Positions 10,032 to 19,818 are shown, counted from the first letter of the stretch. The stretch is 44,662 nucleotides of DNA from an uncultured Bacilli bacterium (GCA_944358945.1 CALVSH010000039.1:1-44662); one strand, 5' to 3'. Numbers and translations are program-made. The notes: a model not told the origin generated them from the letters alone.

Positions 10032-10271
10032 ATGTTTGGTGATAATTTCTTTAAACGAGTAGAAAATAAAACTAATGTTGATAAAGACACTATTTTATCT
10101 TTAGCCAAAAAAATTCAAAATTCTAACATGAAAGATGAAAACACACTACGAGATGTAATAAAACAAATTAGTTCTATGACAGGTAAACCTGTAACAAAAG
10201 AAAAAGAAGACAAGATTATTAACGCAATATTAAAAGATAATTTACCAAAAGATATAGATAAAATGTTTTAA
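10032..10271 (+). CDS. SpoVIF-like small sporulation protein (tentative)
   Basis: 79 aa with a strong RBS (AGGAGGT). The pattern FFK..E.KT.V....I..LA...QN.N.KDE.T.R.VI.Q.S..TGK.V.KE.EDKII.AI matches my memory of stage VI sporulation protein F. It lies 1.1 kb upstream of spoIVA. Confidence 0.5.
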   Translation: MFGDNFFKRVENKTNVDKDTILSLAKKIQNSNMKDENTLRDVIKQISSMTGKPVTKEKEDKIINAILKDNLPKDIDKMF

Positions 10272-10296
10272 ATACCTTTCAGGTATTTTTCTTTTG
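10271..10296 (+). terminator. Intrinsic terminator
   Basis: AATACCT-TTC-AGGTATT followed by a T-rich run. Confidence 0.6.
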
Positions 10297-10331
10297 TGAT
10301 AAAATAAAATTAAGTAAGTAGGTGATAATTT

Positions 10332-11339
10332 ATGTACTGTTTAAGATGTGGAACCAAGGTAGATGACAAAGCTATAATATGTCCTCACTGTAATGCCAAT
10401 ATCAAAGAAGAATACGCAAGGTATAACTACGTACCAAGGAATGAAACAAATAATAAAAACACTCACGATGACCAATATTTATATAGTGTAAAATATAGTT
10501 ATGGAAATGAAAAAGATTTCATCCAGGCCTATGTAGGAAAAAACTACGAAAAAATTAAAAAAAGTGATTTTTCCATCCCTTCTTTCTTCTTAGGACCATT
10601 CTATTTCTGTTATCGAAAATACTCTGTCCTTGCCATTATTTGGATTATCTGCTTTTTTATATTTTTCACAACTGGATTCATTCCATTAATAATGGCTATA
10701 GCTTCAGGTTTTCTATTCCCTAAAATATACTTACAAGAAGTAAAAAAACGTACCAAGGAAATACGATTAAAAAATAAAAACCAAGGTAAAGAAGCAATCA
10801 AAGAAATATGCAGTAAAAAAGGTGGCACGTCTATAGTAAGACCAATTATCCTACTAGTGATAATAATTAGTATCATATCTGCTATTTACTACATAGCAAC
10901 AAAACCATTTGAAGAAAAACCACTAGAAAAAAACACACCATATCAAGTAGGTAATATCACTTACACAATTCCTAAAGGATATGAAGAAGGAGATTATACA
11001 ACAGATGATTATAAATACTATAGTGCCATGAAAGAAGATACTTACTGTAATATCACAATCACTAATATAACCTACGCTGATTTATATGAAAATGGCGAAG
11101 ACTATCTAAATGAAAACATCTATACAAATGAAAATGATCTAGTAGAGCCAACGCAACAAATCACTATCAACAATAAAACTTGGTTACATAAAAAAATAAC
11201 TTCTGAATACGAAGTAGAAAACAACTATTTATTAGAAGGAAAAACTTTTTATAAAGTAGAAACCTCGAATGATGTAAATTCTACCCTTTGTGACGAAGAT
11301 TTCTCCAATATATTAAATTCAATTAAGTACAAAGAATGA
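10332..11339 (+). CDS. Zinc-ribbon membrane protein, unknown function
   Basis: The N-terminus MYCLRCGTKVDDKAIICPHCNANI has a CxxC...CxxC zinc ribbon. It is followed by 3 hydrophobic helices and a roughly 140-aa extracytoplasmic domain. RBS is AGGTGAT. Confidence 0.6.
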   Translation: MYCLRCGTKVDDKAIICPHCNANIKEEYARYNYVPRNETNNKNTHDDQYLYSVKYSYGNEKDFIQAYVGKNYEKIKKSDFSIPSFFLGPFYFCYRKYSVLAIIWIICFFIFFTTGFIPLIMAIASGFLFPKIYLQEVKKRTKEIRLKNKNQGKEAIKEICSKKGGTSIVRPIILLVIIISIISAIYYIATKPFEEKPLEKNTPYQVGNITYTIPKGYEEGDYTTDDYKYYSAMKEDTYCNITITNITYADLYENGEDYLNENIYTNENDLVEPTQQITINNKTWLHKKITSEYEVENNYLLEGKTFYKVETSNDVNSTLCDEDFSNILNSIKYKE

Positions 11340-11400
11340 TGAAAAATCGTTCTTTTTTTTTACCATTCATCATAAAGTTAACTGTATAAGGAGAATGTGT

Positions 11401-12876
11401 ATGGATAAACATGAAATTATTAAAAATATTGCCAAGAGAAGTGGCGGAGATATTTATCTAGGTGTCGTAGGAGCAGTAAGAACTGGAAAATCTACTTTTA
11501 TCAAAAGAATGGTAGAGACATTAATTGTTCCAAACATCGAAGATGAATATGAACGAAAAAGAGCCTTAGATGAAATTCCACAAAGTGCTGCCGGAAAAAC
11601 CATCATGACAACAGAACCCAAGTTTGTTCCTAACAATACTGCTCAAATAAAAATTGATGACTTTACTTGTAACATCAGAATGATTGACTGCGTAGGTTAT
11701 ATGATTGATAAAGCCCTTGGAGCAACTGACGAAAATGGTCCAAGAATGGTAAAAACACCATGGTACACAGAAGAAATTCCCTTTGTAGAAGCAGCAGAAA
11801 TTGGTACAGAAAAAGTTATCAAAGACCACTCCACCATCGGTATTGTCGTCACAACAGATGGATCCATTGGTGACTTTGAAAGAGCTGACTACCTAGAAGC
11901 AGAAACCAGGGTAATAGAAGAATTAAAAAGTATTGGTAAACCATTTATTGTAATCCTAAATTCAACCCATCCTACACTACCAGAAACATGTCGTCTAGCA
12001 GAATCACTAAAAGATGAATATCAAGTACCCGTGCTACCAATTAGTGTAGAAGCAATGAATGAAAAAGATATGTATGACATACTAAGAGAAGCTTTATATG
12101 AATTTCCAGTATTAGAAGTAAGAATCAGTATGCCAGAGTGGATTACCATATTAAACCCAGATCATCCAGTAAAACAAAGCTACATCAACTCAATTAAAGA
12201 AAGTGTCATAGAAATTGACAAATTAAAAGACATAGAACACATCACAGACCATTTCTTAAATAACGAAATGATAGAAAAAGCCTACTTATCAGGAGTAGAT
12301 CCATCAACAGGAATCGTCACAGTAACACTAACTGCACCTAGTAATCTATACAATCAAACACTAACAGAAATTATAAAAATAGATGTAAAAAACAAAGCGG
12401 ACCTACTAGCATTATTCCAAGAATATAATGTTGCGAAAAAAGAATACGACCAAATCAAATACGCTCTAAAAATGGTAAAACAAACAGGATATGGAGTCGC
12501 AACACCATCGATAGAAGATATGAAACTAGATAAACCAGAAATAGTAAAACAAGGACCAAGATATGGAGTAAAACTAAAAGCTGTTGCACCATCGATTCAC
12601 ATGATTCGTGTCGATGTAGAATCAACCTTTGAACCAATTATTGGTAGTGAAGTACAAAGTAAAGAATTAATTGATTATCTAACAAAAGACAAAGATAAAA
12701 ATCCTAATGATATCTGGAAAAGCGAAATCTTTGGACGTAGTCTAGACTCTATTGTACAAGAAGGAATTCAAGCAAAAATTAATATGATGCCAGATAACAT
12801 TAGATTAAAACTACAAACGACACTGGCAAAGGTTGTCAATAAAGGCTCAAACAATATGATCGCTATTGTAATATAA
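11401..12876 (+). CDS. spoIVA: Stage IV sporulation protein A (spore coat morphogenetic ATPase)
   Basis: DIYLGVVGAVRTGKSTFIK (Walker A) and DEIPQSAAGKTIMTTEPKFVP are near-identical to the conserved SpoIVA N-terminus. ATG 11401 is preferred; AAGGAG lies 9 nt upstream. Confidence 0.95.
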   Translation: MDKHEIIKNIAKRSGGDIYLGVVGAVRTGKSTFIKRMVETLIVPNIEDEYERKRALDEIPQSAAGKTIMTTEPKFVPNNTAQIKIDDFTCNIRMIDCVGYMIDKALGATDENGPRMVKTPWYTEEIPFVEAAEIGTEKVIKDHSTIGIVVTTDGSIGDFERADYLEAETRVIEELKSIGKPFIVILNSTHPTLPETCRLAESLKDEYQVPVLPISVEAMNEKDMYDILREALYEFPVLEVRISMPEWITILNPDHPVKQSYINSIKESVIEIDKLKDIEHITDHFLNNEMIEKAYLSGVDPSTGIVTVTLTAPSNLYNQTLTEIIKIDVKNKADLLALFQEYNVAKKEYDQIKYALKMVKQTGYGVATPSIEDMKLDKPEIVKQGPRYGVKLKAVAPSIHMIRVDVESTFEPIIGSEVQSKELIDYLTKDKDKNPNDIWKSEIFGRSLDSIVQEGIQAKINMMPDNIRLKLQTTLAKVVNKGSNNMIAIVI

Positions 12877-12880
12877 AAAG

Positions 12881-12911
12881 AATCCACAGATATTGTGGAT
12901 TACTTTTTTTT
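12881..12911. terminator. Bidirectional intrinsic terminator between convergent genes
   Basis: AATCCACA-GATAT-TGTGGATT followed by ACTTTTTTTTT. An A-run lies on the other side. Confidence 0.65.
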
Positions 12912-12920
12912 ATAGAAATA

Positions 12921-13610
12921 CTATAATAATAAATCAACTAAATTTTGATATTGTGTTACTAACTCTTCTGTAGAAAACTGAATTTCTCCATTCTCAATTT
13001 TCCAATCATTACCATTTGTCTTTAAAAATTCTAATACACTTCTACTAGTAGAAATAACAGAATTCATCTCTTCTTCACTCTGTAAAAAAGTATCTCGATA
13101 ATTACTTAACTGTTCAAAAACTTTAGATGACTTAACATAATCAATAAACAACTCTCTATAATAATTTGATAACTTTAAATTACTAGCATATTCTTCTATT
13201 TTACTCTCTTCACAATAAGATAGCAAAAGATCTACATCAGAAGAAAACTCTTCACTAAGATTATCAAGATAAGAAAGACTATTTTCAAATAACGGTCCAT
13301 CCTCTGAATAATTACTAACAGATAACATCGTCGTCAATTTACTATTATCAGCATAACTCATAACCTTTTGATATTGCTCACGAAAAGAACGAAGATAGCT
13401 TTCTACACCATCATAGACTTCTTGATAACCATTACTACCATCATAAGATACAATTTCATCCTCAAGTAAAGAACTTTCACCAATTTTATCAATAGCTAAA
13501 AACAATCTCTCTTCTTCTACCTTTCGATTCACAACAACAAAATAACAATATATAACAAAAACAAGTAAAACAAACAAAAAAACAAAAAAACATAATCTCT
13601 TCTTCTTCAT
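12921..13610 (-). CDS. N-terminally membrane-anchored helical protein, unknown function
   Basis: From Met23 of the track ORF: MKKKRLCFFVFLFVLLVFVIYCYFVVV (signal anchor), then about 200 aa of acidic helical sequence. No family recognised. Confidence 0.5.
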   Translation of the reverse strand: MKKKRLCFFVFLFVLLVFVIYCYFVVVNRKVEEERLFLAIDKIGESSLLEDEIVSYDGSNGYQEVYDGVESYLRSFREQYQKVMSYADNSKLTTMLSVSNYSEDGPLFENSLSYLDNLSEEFSSDVDLLLSYCEESKIEEYASNLKLSNYYRELFIDYVKSSKVFEQLSNYRDTFLQSEEEMNSVISTSRSVLEFLKTNGNDWKIENGEIQFSTEELVTQYQNLVDLLL

Positions 13611-13660
13611 ATAAGAATCACCAAACATATTATAAAGTAAATTGTGAAAAAAAGCAAAAA

Positions 13661-14110
13661 TCAACACTTTTGCCAACGAAACATAATAGGATACAACCTT
13701 CTACCATAGATAAAATCCCCAAATTCAACAACCTGATTCAAGTCAGGAATATAACTAACATCACAATAAAAATAACCACGGTCATAATAAATAGATACAT
13801 TACTTGGTAATGCATAATAATCTTTCGTTCTAAAATAAATCTTCTCATCCAAATAAACAAGTACTCTAAAATCTAAACTATTATCATATTCAAACTCTTC
13901 CAATTGAAATAACTCCAAAAACAATCCAACTTTAGAATGAAGATAAACCTTAACTTTATAAAATCCTCGAAGCATCAACCTCTTCTTTAACCTCTTTAAC
14001 AACTTCTTAACCATATCTACAAGTTTATCTTTACTAAATTCTATATTTCCAAGATACAAAATATGAAAAAATATACAATATCCTCCATCCCCTACCTTCT
14101 CAATCCTCAT
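13661..14110 (-). CDS. Short MecA-like adaptor protein (tentative)
   Basis: From Met17 of the track ORF (RBS AGGTGAT). MRIEKV...I.F, GFYKVKVYLHSKVGLFLEL, IYYDRGYFYCDV and VVEFGDFIYG follow the order and spacing of MecA N- and C-domain motifs, but without the long acidic linker. Confidence 0.4.
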   Translation of the reverse strand: MRIEKVGDGGYCIFFHILYLGNIEFSKDKLVDMVKKLLKRLKKRLMLRGFYKVKVYLHSKVGLFLELFQLEEFEYDNSLDFRVLVYLDEKIYFRTKDYYALPSNVSIYYDRGYFYCDVSYIPDLNQVVEFGDFIYGRRLYPIMFRWQKC

Positions 14111-14141
14111 TAAATCACCTATTGTAATATATGAAAAAAGT

Positions 14142-14738
14142 CTAATTAACATCACCATTAATTAGACTTTCTATCTTTTTCACAACTTCTTTAACTCCCA
14201 ATTTAGTAACACTAGAAAAAACTACTAAATCATCTCCCACTACTAAATCAAGAGTATCTAAAATATCTTTTAAGTTTTTTTCTTTCTTACTACCTCCAAC
14301 TTTATCTGCTTTAGTCGCAATTACAGTAACAGGTAAGTTATAATACTTTAAAAAATTATACATCAACAAATCATCTTCACTTGGCTTATGACGAAAATCG
14401 ATAAGTAAAAAAACTCGTTTTAAAACATCTCTTTTTTCTAAATATTCTTCTATCATCATACCAAACTTAGACTGTGTTTTTTTATCAACAGAAGCATATC
14501 CATAGCCAGGAACATCTATCAAATAAAAACTATTATTAACAGAATAAAAATTTAAAGTTTGTGTTTTTCCTGGTCGAGAAGAAGTATATGCTAAATTCTT
14601 CCTAGAAAGAATGGCATTAATAAAACTACTTTTACCAACATTACTACGTCCTACTAATAAGAATTCAGGTTTTCCATCTTCTGGATATTGACTTCTCCTA
14701 GTCACAATAATTTCCAAATTAGCATCTTTAATTACCAT
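14142..14738 (-). CDS. engB: Ribosome biogenesis GTPase EngB (YsxC/YihA)
   Basis: GRSNVGKSSFINA P-loop, DVPGYGYA and TKADK motifs; 198 aa. Confidence 0.9.
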   Translation of the reverse strand: MVIKDANLEIIVTRRSQYPEDGKPEFLLVGRSNVGKSSFINAILSRKNLAYTSSRPGKTQTLNFYSVNNSFYLIDVPGYGYASVDKKTQSKFGMMIEEYLEKRDVLKRVFLLIDFRHKPSEDDLLMYNFLKYYNLPVTVIATKADKVGGSKKEKNLKDILDTLDLVVGDDLVVFSSVTKLGVKEVVKKIESLINGDVN

Positions 14739-15690
14739 TTACTATCCCCTCCTTTTGATAAGTTTCTAAAACTTTATCCAAATCCTCAATAATCTTCATA
14801 GCTTCTTCCATTGTTTTTACTCTAGCACCACTAGCAAACTTATGACCACCACCATGATGTTTTTCTGCAACCTGATTAATAACAGGTCCTCTAGAACGAA
14901 TAGATACTCGAATTTGTTCATTTTTAACATCTTCTGTCATCGTTACCCAGACAAGAACTTCTTTAATAAAATTAAAATTATTAATCATATTTCCAGCACT
15001 AGCACTATCAACACCAAACTCATTAATAATATCATTAGTAATAGAAACATATCCAAGTCCATTTTCTGTAACTGTCATATTTAAAGCAATATAACCCTCT
15101 AAACGTACTTCATTAAGTGGTCTTAAATAAAGTTTTTGATAACAAGATGAAAGATCAAAAGGATAATTCTTCAAAAAGTAAGATACTAAAGCAAACAATT
15201 CAGGTGTTGAACTATCAAATAAGAATCGATTAGAATCAGATACAAGTCCCATATACAACAATTCTGCAATAGAAGAATTTAACTGTAGACCAGTATGAAC
15301 CAAGAAACGCATAATAATCTCGCAGGCACTAGAAGCTTTATCATCAATATATTCTAATCTTCCAAAAGATTCTACAAATGGATGATGATCTATCTTAATA
15401 ACTTCTTCAAATTGTGAAAAATCTACAGAATCTACTCTACGTTTATCAGGTGTATCAGTAACAATCAAAAGTGCATGAGAATAATTTTTCTCTAACTTAT
15501 CTAATTTACCAATATGAGCAAACTTATGACTCCCTGTACCAATAGCACTAACTTTCTTCTCAGGAAAATTAAATTGAATCACATCACGTAAAGCAAGCTG
15601 ACTACACAATGCATCTGGATCAACACCAATATGTCTCGCAACAACAATCGTATCATACTTCTTTATAGTTTCTAAAATCTTATCAAACAT
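14728..15690 (-). CDS. nrnA: DHH/DHHA1 phosphoesterase, NrnA-like (oligoribonuclease / pAp phosphatase)
   Basis: IKIDHHP (DHH motif) and HHGGGHKFASG (DHHA1 GGGH motif). About 320 aa, typical of NrnA. Overlaps engB by 11 nt. Confidence 0.8.
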   Translation of the reverse strand: MFDKILETIKKYDTIVVARHIGVDPDALCSQLALRDVIQFNFPEKKVSAIGTGSHKFAHIGKLDKLEKNYSHALLIVTDTPDKRRVDSVDFSQFEEVIKIDHHPFVESFGRLEYIDDKASSACEIIMRFLVHTGLQLNSSIAELLYMGLVSDSNRFLFDSSTPELFALVSYFLKNYPFDLSSCYQKLYLRPLNEVRLEGYIALNMTVTENGLGYVSITNDIINEFGVDSASAGNMINNFNFIKEVLVWVTMTEDVKNEQIRVSIRSRGPVINQVAEKHHGGGHKFASGARVKTMEEAMKIIEDLDKVLETYQKEGIVNGN

Positions 15691-15700
15691 ATACTTTTTC

Positions 15701-16882
15701 CTATCTATTAATTAAATGTAAAGTATCTCTTGCTATCATTAACTCCTCATCTGTAGGAATCACATAAACTATAACAGCAGAATCATCTGTACTAATCTTA
15801 ACTACTTCTCCACGAACATTATTCTTATCTAAATCAAGCTTAATTCCTAAACAAGCTAATTCTTCACAGATTTGTCTACGAACAGGAATACTATTTTCAC
15901 CAACTCCAGCCGTAAAAGCAATAACATCTGCTCCACCTAATAAAACATAATATTGTGCAATATAATCTACAACACGACGTACATACTTATCACGTGCAAC
16001 AATAGCTTTCTCATCATGTTCATCACAACGCTCTAAAATATCACGCATATCACTACTATATTCACTCATACCTAAAAGTCCACTTTGTTTATTCAAATCA
16101 TCGATAATTTCACTAGCATTTTTACCTTCTTGTTCCATAACATAAGGAATAATCGATGGATCTATATCTCCAGAACGAGTACCCATCATAATACCGGCAA
16201 GTGGTGTAAATCCCATAGAAGTATCCACACACTTACCATCTTTAATTGCCGTAATAGAACCACCATTACCAATATGACAACTAATTAAACGATACTCTTC
16301 TTTACCTAAAATTTGTTTTACAGACTCTGCAATATAACGATGTGAAGTACCATGTGCACCATACTTACGAACACCATAATCTTTATACCATGAATAAGGA
16401 ACTGGATATAAATAAGTAGCCTCATCCATAGTTTGATGGAATGCAGTATCAAAAACCGCAACCATTGGAGTATTAGGTAACACTTTTCTAAAAGCTTCAA
16501 TTCCTAACATATTAGCTGGATTATGTAAAGGAGCAAACCCTTTAATAGCATCCAACTTTTCCATAACATCATCCGTAACAATAACAGATTCTTTAAATAC
16601 ATCTTTTCCCTGAACAATACGATGTCCAACACCATGAATCTCATCCAAAGAAGAAATAATACCTAAGTCAGTTAACTTATCAAGTAAAATATTAACAGCA
16701 TCTACATGACTAGGTAAATCCACCTCTTGACTTACTTTTTCTCCATTGAATTTAATAGTATATTTACTTCCATCAATACCAATACGTTCAAATAATCCAC
16801 TGGCAATGACTTCTTCATTATTCATTTCAAATAAACTAAATTTTAAGGAACTACTTCCTGCATTAATAGAAATTATTTTCAT
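15701..16882 (-). CDS. ackA: Acetate kinase
   Basis: INAGSSSLKF, FDTAFHQTM, YGAHGTSH, CHIGNGGSI, GTRSGDIDP and FTAGVGENS are full-length acetate/propionate kinase motifs. Confidence 0.9.
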   Translation of the reverse strand: MKIISINAGSSSLKFSLFEMNNEEVIASGLFERIGIDGSKYTIKFNGEKVSQEVDLPSHVDAVNILLDKLTDLGIISSLDEIHGVGHRIVQGKDVFKESVIVTDDVMEKLDAIKGFAPLHNPANMLGIEAFRKVLPNTPMVAVFDTAFHQTMDEATYLYPVPYSWYKDYGVRKYGAHGTSHRYIAESVKQILGKEEYRLISCHIGNGGSITAIKDGKCVDTSMGFTPLAGIMMGTRSGDIDPSIIPYVMEQEGKNASEIIDDLNKQSGLLGMSEYSSDMRDILERCDEHDEKAIVARDKYVRRVVDYIAQYYVLLGGADVIAFTAGVGENSIPVRRQICEELACLGIKLDLDKNNVRGEVVKISTDDSAVIVYVIPTDEELMIARDTLHLINR

Positions 16883-16935
16883 AATATACCTCTTTCTATA
16901 ACCTATTAATATTATACTACAACAACAAAGTTTTT

Positions 16936-16963
16936 CAAAGAAAAACCATTAATATATAATGGT
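16936..16963 (-). terminator. Intrinsic terminator separating the two acetate kinase genes
   Basis: Minus strand reads ACCATTA-TATAT-TAATGGT followed by TTTTTCTTTG. Confidence 0.6.
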
Positions 16964-16967
16964 CTGT

Positions 16968-18161
16968 CTATTTAGCATTCACTATTTCATAAGTATCTCT
17001 TGCTATCATTAACTCTTCATCTGTACCTAATACATAAACAGGAATGGAAGATTTATTCTTAGTTATAATACCTTCTACTCCAAGTCTAACAATTGTTTCT
17101 TTATTCTTAGCTTCATCCAACAAAACACCCAGTGGCGCTAGTTTCTTTAATACTTCCGCACGTATAATAGAATCATTTTCACCACCACCAGCAGTAAAAC
17201 AAATCGCATCAACTACACCACCAAGTCTAACATAATACTTGGCAATATAATCTACAATCTTTTGTGAATACATATCAATAGCTAAAACAACTTTCTGTTC
17301 ATTAGCTTCATACGCTCTATCAATATCACGTAAATCACTCATACCTGCAATTCCTTGTAAACCACTTTCAAAGTTAAGCTTCTTTTCTATCCACTCTAAA
17401 TTTCTTTCTTCTTTCTGCATAACATAATTAATCAAAGAATAATCAATATCTCCAGAACGAGTACCCATCATAATACCAGCATTAGGAGTAAATCCCATAG
17501 AAGTATCAATAGACTTACCTTCCTTAACTGCTGTAATACTACAACCACTACCAATATGACAAATAATCAAATTAGGATTTTTCTTAAGTTTTTTACTCAT
17601 CTGTTCTGTAATAAATTTATGACTTAATCCATGAAAACCATATTTTCTAACATCATATTTAACATACCATTCATAAGGCACAGGATATAAATAAGTAGCC
17701 TCATTCATAGTCTGATGAAAAGCTGTATCAAAGCACGCAACATTTACAGCATTTGGAATTTCTTCTATAAAAGCACGCATTCCTTTTAATGCCCCCGGAT
17801 TATGTAAAGGAGCAAGTGGAGAAATAGCCTCAATCTCCATTAAAACTCTATCGTTTATCTCAGTAGACTTAGAGTATTTATTTCCACCATGAACAACACG
17901 ATGTCCAACAGCTTTTATTTCATCTAAAGAAGAAACTACTTTATGCTCTAATAAGTGCTTCAATAATAACTCAACTGCATCTTTATGATCATGAAGTTCT
18001 ACTCGAGAAGATTCATTTTTCTCGTCAATTCTAAGGTTGTAACACGAACCATCTAAACCTATTCGTTCATATTGCCCTTTCATTAATAATTTTTCTTCAG
18101 GCATCTCGTATAAACGAAACTTTAAAGTACTACTACCTGCATTAACTGATAATAATTTCAT
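16968..18161 (-). CDS. Acetate/propionate kinase family paralogue
   Basis: VNAGSSTLKF, FDTAFHQTM, YGFHGLSH, CHIGSGCSI, GTRSGDIDY and FTAGGGEND. Roughly half of the residues are identical to the downstream ackA by eye. Confidence 0.85.
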   Translation of the reverse strand: MKLLSVNAGSSTLKFRLYEMPEEKLLMKGQYERIGLDGSCYNLRIDEKNESSRVELHDHKDAVELLLKHLLEHKVVSSLDEIKAVGHRVVHGGNKYSKSTEINDRVLMEIEAISPLAPLHNPGALKGMRAFIEEIPNAVNVACFDTAFHQTMNEATYLYPVPYEWYVKYDVRKYGFHGLSHKFITEQMSKKLKKNPNLIICHIGSGCSITAVKEGKSIDTSMGFTPNAGIMMGTRSGDIDYSLINYVMQKEERNLEWIEKKLNFESGLQGIAGMSDLRDIDRAYEANEQKVVLAIDMYSQKIVDYIAKYYVRLGGVVDAICFTAGGGENDSIIRAEVLKKLAPLGVLLDEAKNKETIVRLGVEGIITKNKSSIPVYVLGTDEELMIARDTYEIVNAK

Positions 18162-18209
18162 AACATCGCCTCACTTTACCCTTAATATATCAGACAGTAC
18201 AAAAAAAAG

Positions 18210-18242
18210 CAACCAAAAAGAAAACTTCGAAAAACGAAGTTT
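18210..18242 (-). terminator. Intrinsic terminator after the DUF285-type gene
   Basis: Minus strand reads AAACTTCG-TTTTT-CGAAGTTT followed by TCTTTTTGG. The hairpin overlaps the stop codon. Confidence 0.6.
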
Positions 18243-19549
18243 AAACAACAACTGCTGTACCACGACTACCTAACTGTTCCTGAATGAAACTACGAGAATC
18301 TTCATCCTTAACCATAACAGAAAGATTAGACATCCCAGTAAACATCCATGAATAAGAGGTAGCATTAAATTCTGCATTACGTATATCCAAATTTTTTAAA
18401 TTATTACATCTATCAAACATATTACCCATATTATCTACACTACTAGTATCGAAACTAGATAAATCTAACTCTACTAAACTTTGACAATCTTTAAACATAG
18501 ACCCCATATTGGTAACGTTTGAAGTATCAAAACTACTTATATCTAACTCTAACAAACTACTACAACTAGTAAACATATTATTCATATCCGTTACTTTTGA
18601 AGTATTAAAAAAACTGACATCTAATTCCTTTAATTTACTACATCCTTGAAACATTCTTTCCATATTTGTCACATTAGTTGTATCAAAGTTAGATAAATAC
18701 AAATTTACTAAATTATTACACCCATTAAACATATAGTTCATATTTGTTACCTTATCTGTACTAAAATTACTTAAATCCAAATCAATCAAACTATTACAAG
18801 TCTCAAACATATTACCCATGGATATAACATTTGAAGTATCAAAGTTATCAATTTCCAAACTTAATAAACTATTGCACTTTTGAAACATACTCCCCATATT
18901 GGTTACACTTGAAGTATTAAAACCATTTAAATTTAAATCACTCAAAGAGTTACAGTTATTAAACATACTCCCCATATTAGTAACTCTCGACGTATCAAAA
19001 AAACTGAAATTTATACTTACAACATTAGTAAAATTTAAAAACAATTGAAAACAATTAGGATTCGCAATAACTCCTCCTTGTCCACCAAGAGAAACCTTTC
19101 ATAATGGGATCCCCTTGTTCACTTACAACCCCATCCATACTTTTAGCCAACTCTATCTTAGACCATTTTGCTCGTAATGTTACGTTTACTTCAGGCATAA
19201 TAAAGTAATCACTACCTACCTTCTTAACATTATCTGTAACTATCTCCCATCCTTGAAAAATATAACCTTTACAACTTGGTTCTTCCTCTGTAATCTCTAC
19301 CATATCAAAAACTGATTCAGACTGGCTATCAGGAATGTTTACTACACTAACACCTTCAGGAGCGTTGCCATCATAAATAACTTGGTATTTTTCTGCTAAG
19401 GTTGGTGTTAAATTACTATTGACATCTTCACTCTGATTTTCTATTTTACTTATTACTTCTTCACTCTTGTTAGTAGGATATACTCCACCTTGCCCAATGT
19501 ACTCATCTTTCAAACTTAAATCCATCGTTAGTTTTGCTTTTCTTCCCAT
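18241..19549 (-). pseudogene. Frameshifted surface-protein remnant: one Flg_new (Listeria-Bacteroides) repeat followed by DUF285/BspA-like 26-residue leucine-rich repeats
   Basis: The 5' ORF (19055-19549) contains YQVIYDGN...GYIFQGWE...FIMPEVNVTLRAKW. The 3' ORF (18241-19044) is about 9 repeats of F..C.SL..LDLS.FDTS.VTNM..MF. The 3' frame is open back to 19098 and overlaps the 5' frame, so a +1 shift between 19058 and 19098 would join them. The 3' ORF has no RBS of its own. There is no signal peptide and no anchor. Confidence 0.55.
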
Positions 19550-19818
19550 AAATCTCCTCTCTAAATTTGACTAAAAAATTGACTAATTATTTTTAAGATT
19601 TCTCATAAAAACAAGCCGAAAATACCCCTGAGCAAGTAAAAACAATTGTAAAAAAGATAAAAATGTAGTATATTTAGTGTAGAAAAGAATAGAAAAAAAG
19701 CATAAAAATGCATCATAGAGTATCTACCTTTATGAAAATAATTATAAACAAGAAAAAGGTGGAAAAAGCTCGAAAAAAGAGATTGTTGAAAATAAATCTT
19801 TCAACAATCTTTATTTTA

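Noticed and set aside
12881-12901. The same 8-bp terminator stem (AATCCACA/TGTGGATT) also occurs at 39553-39573, a possible dispersed repeat element
   Set aside because: Only the 8-bp arms match. The loops and flanks differ, and both are ordinary terminators in the expected positions. Two occurrences are too few to call a repeat family.
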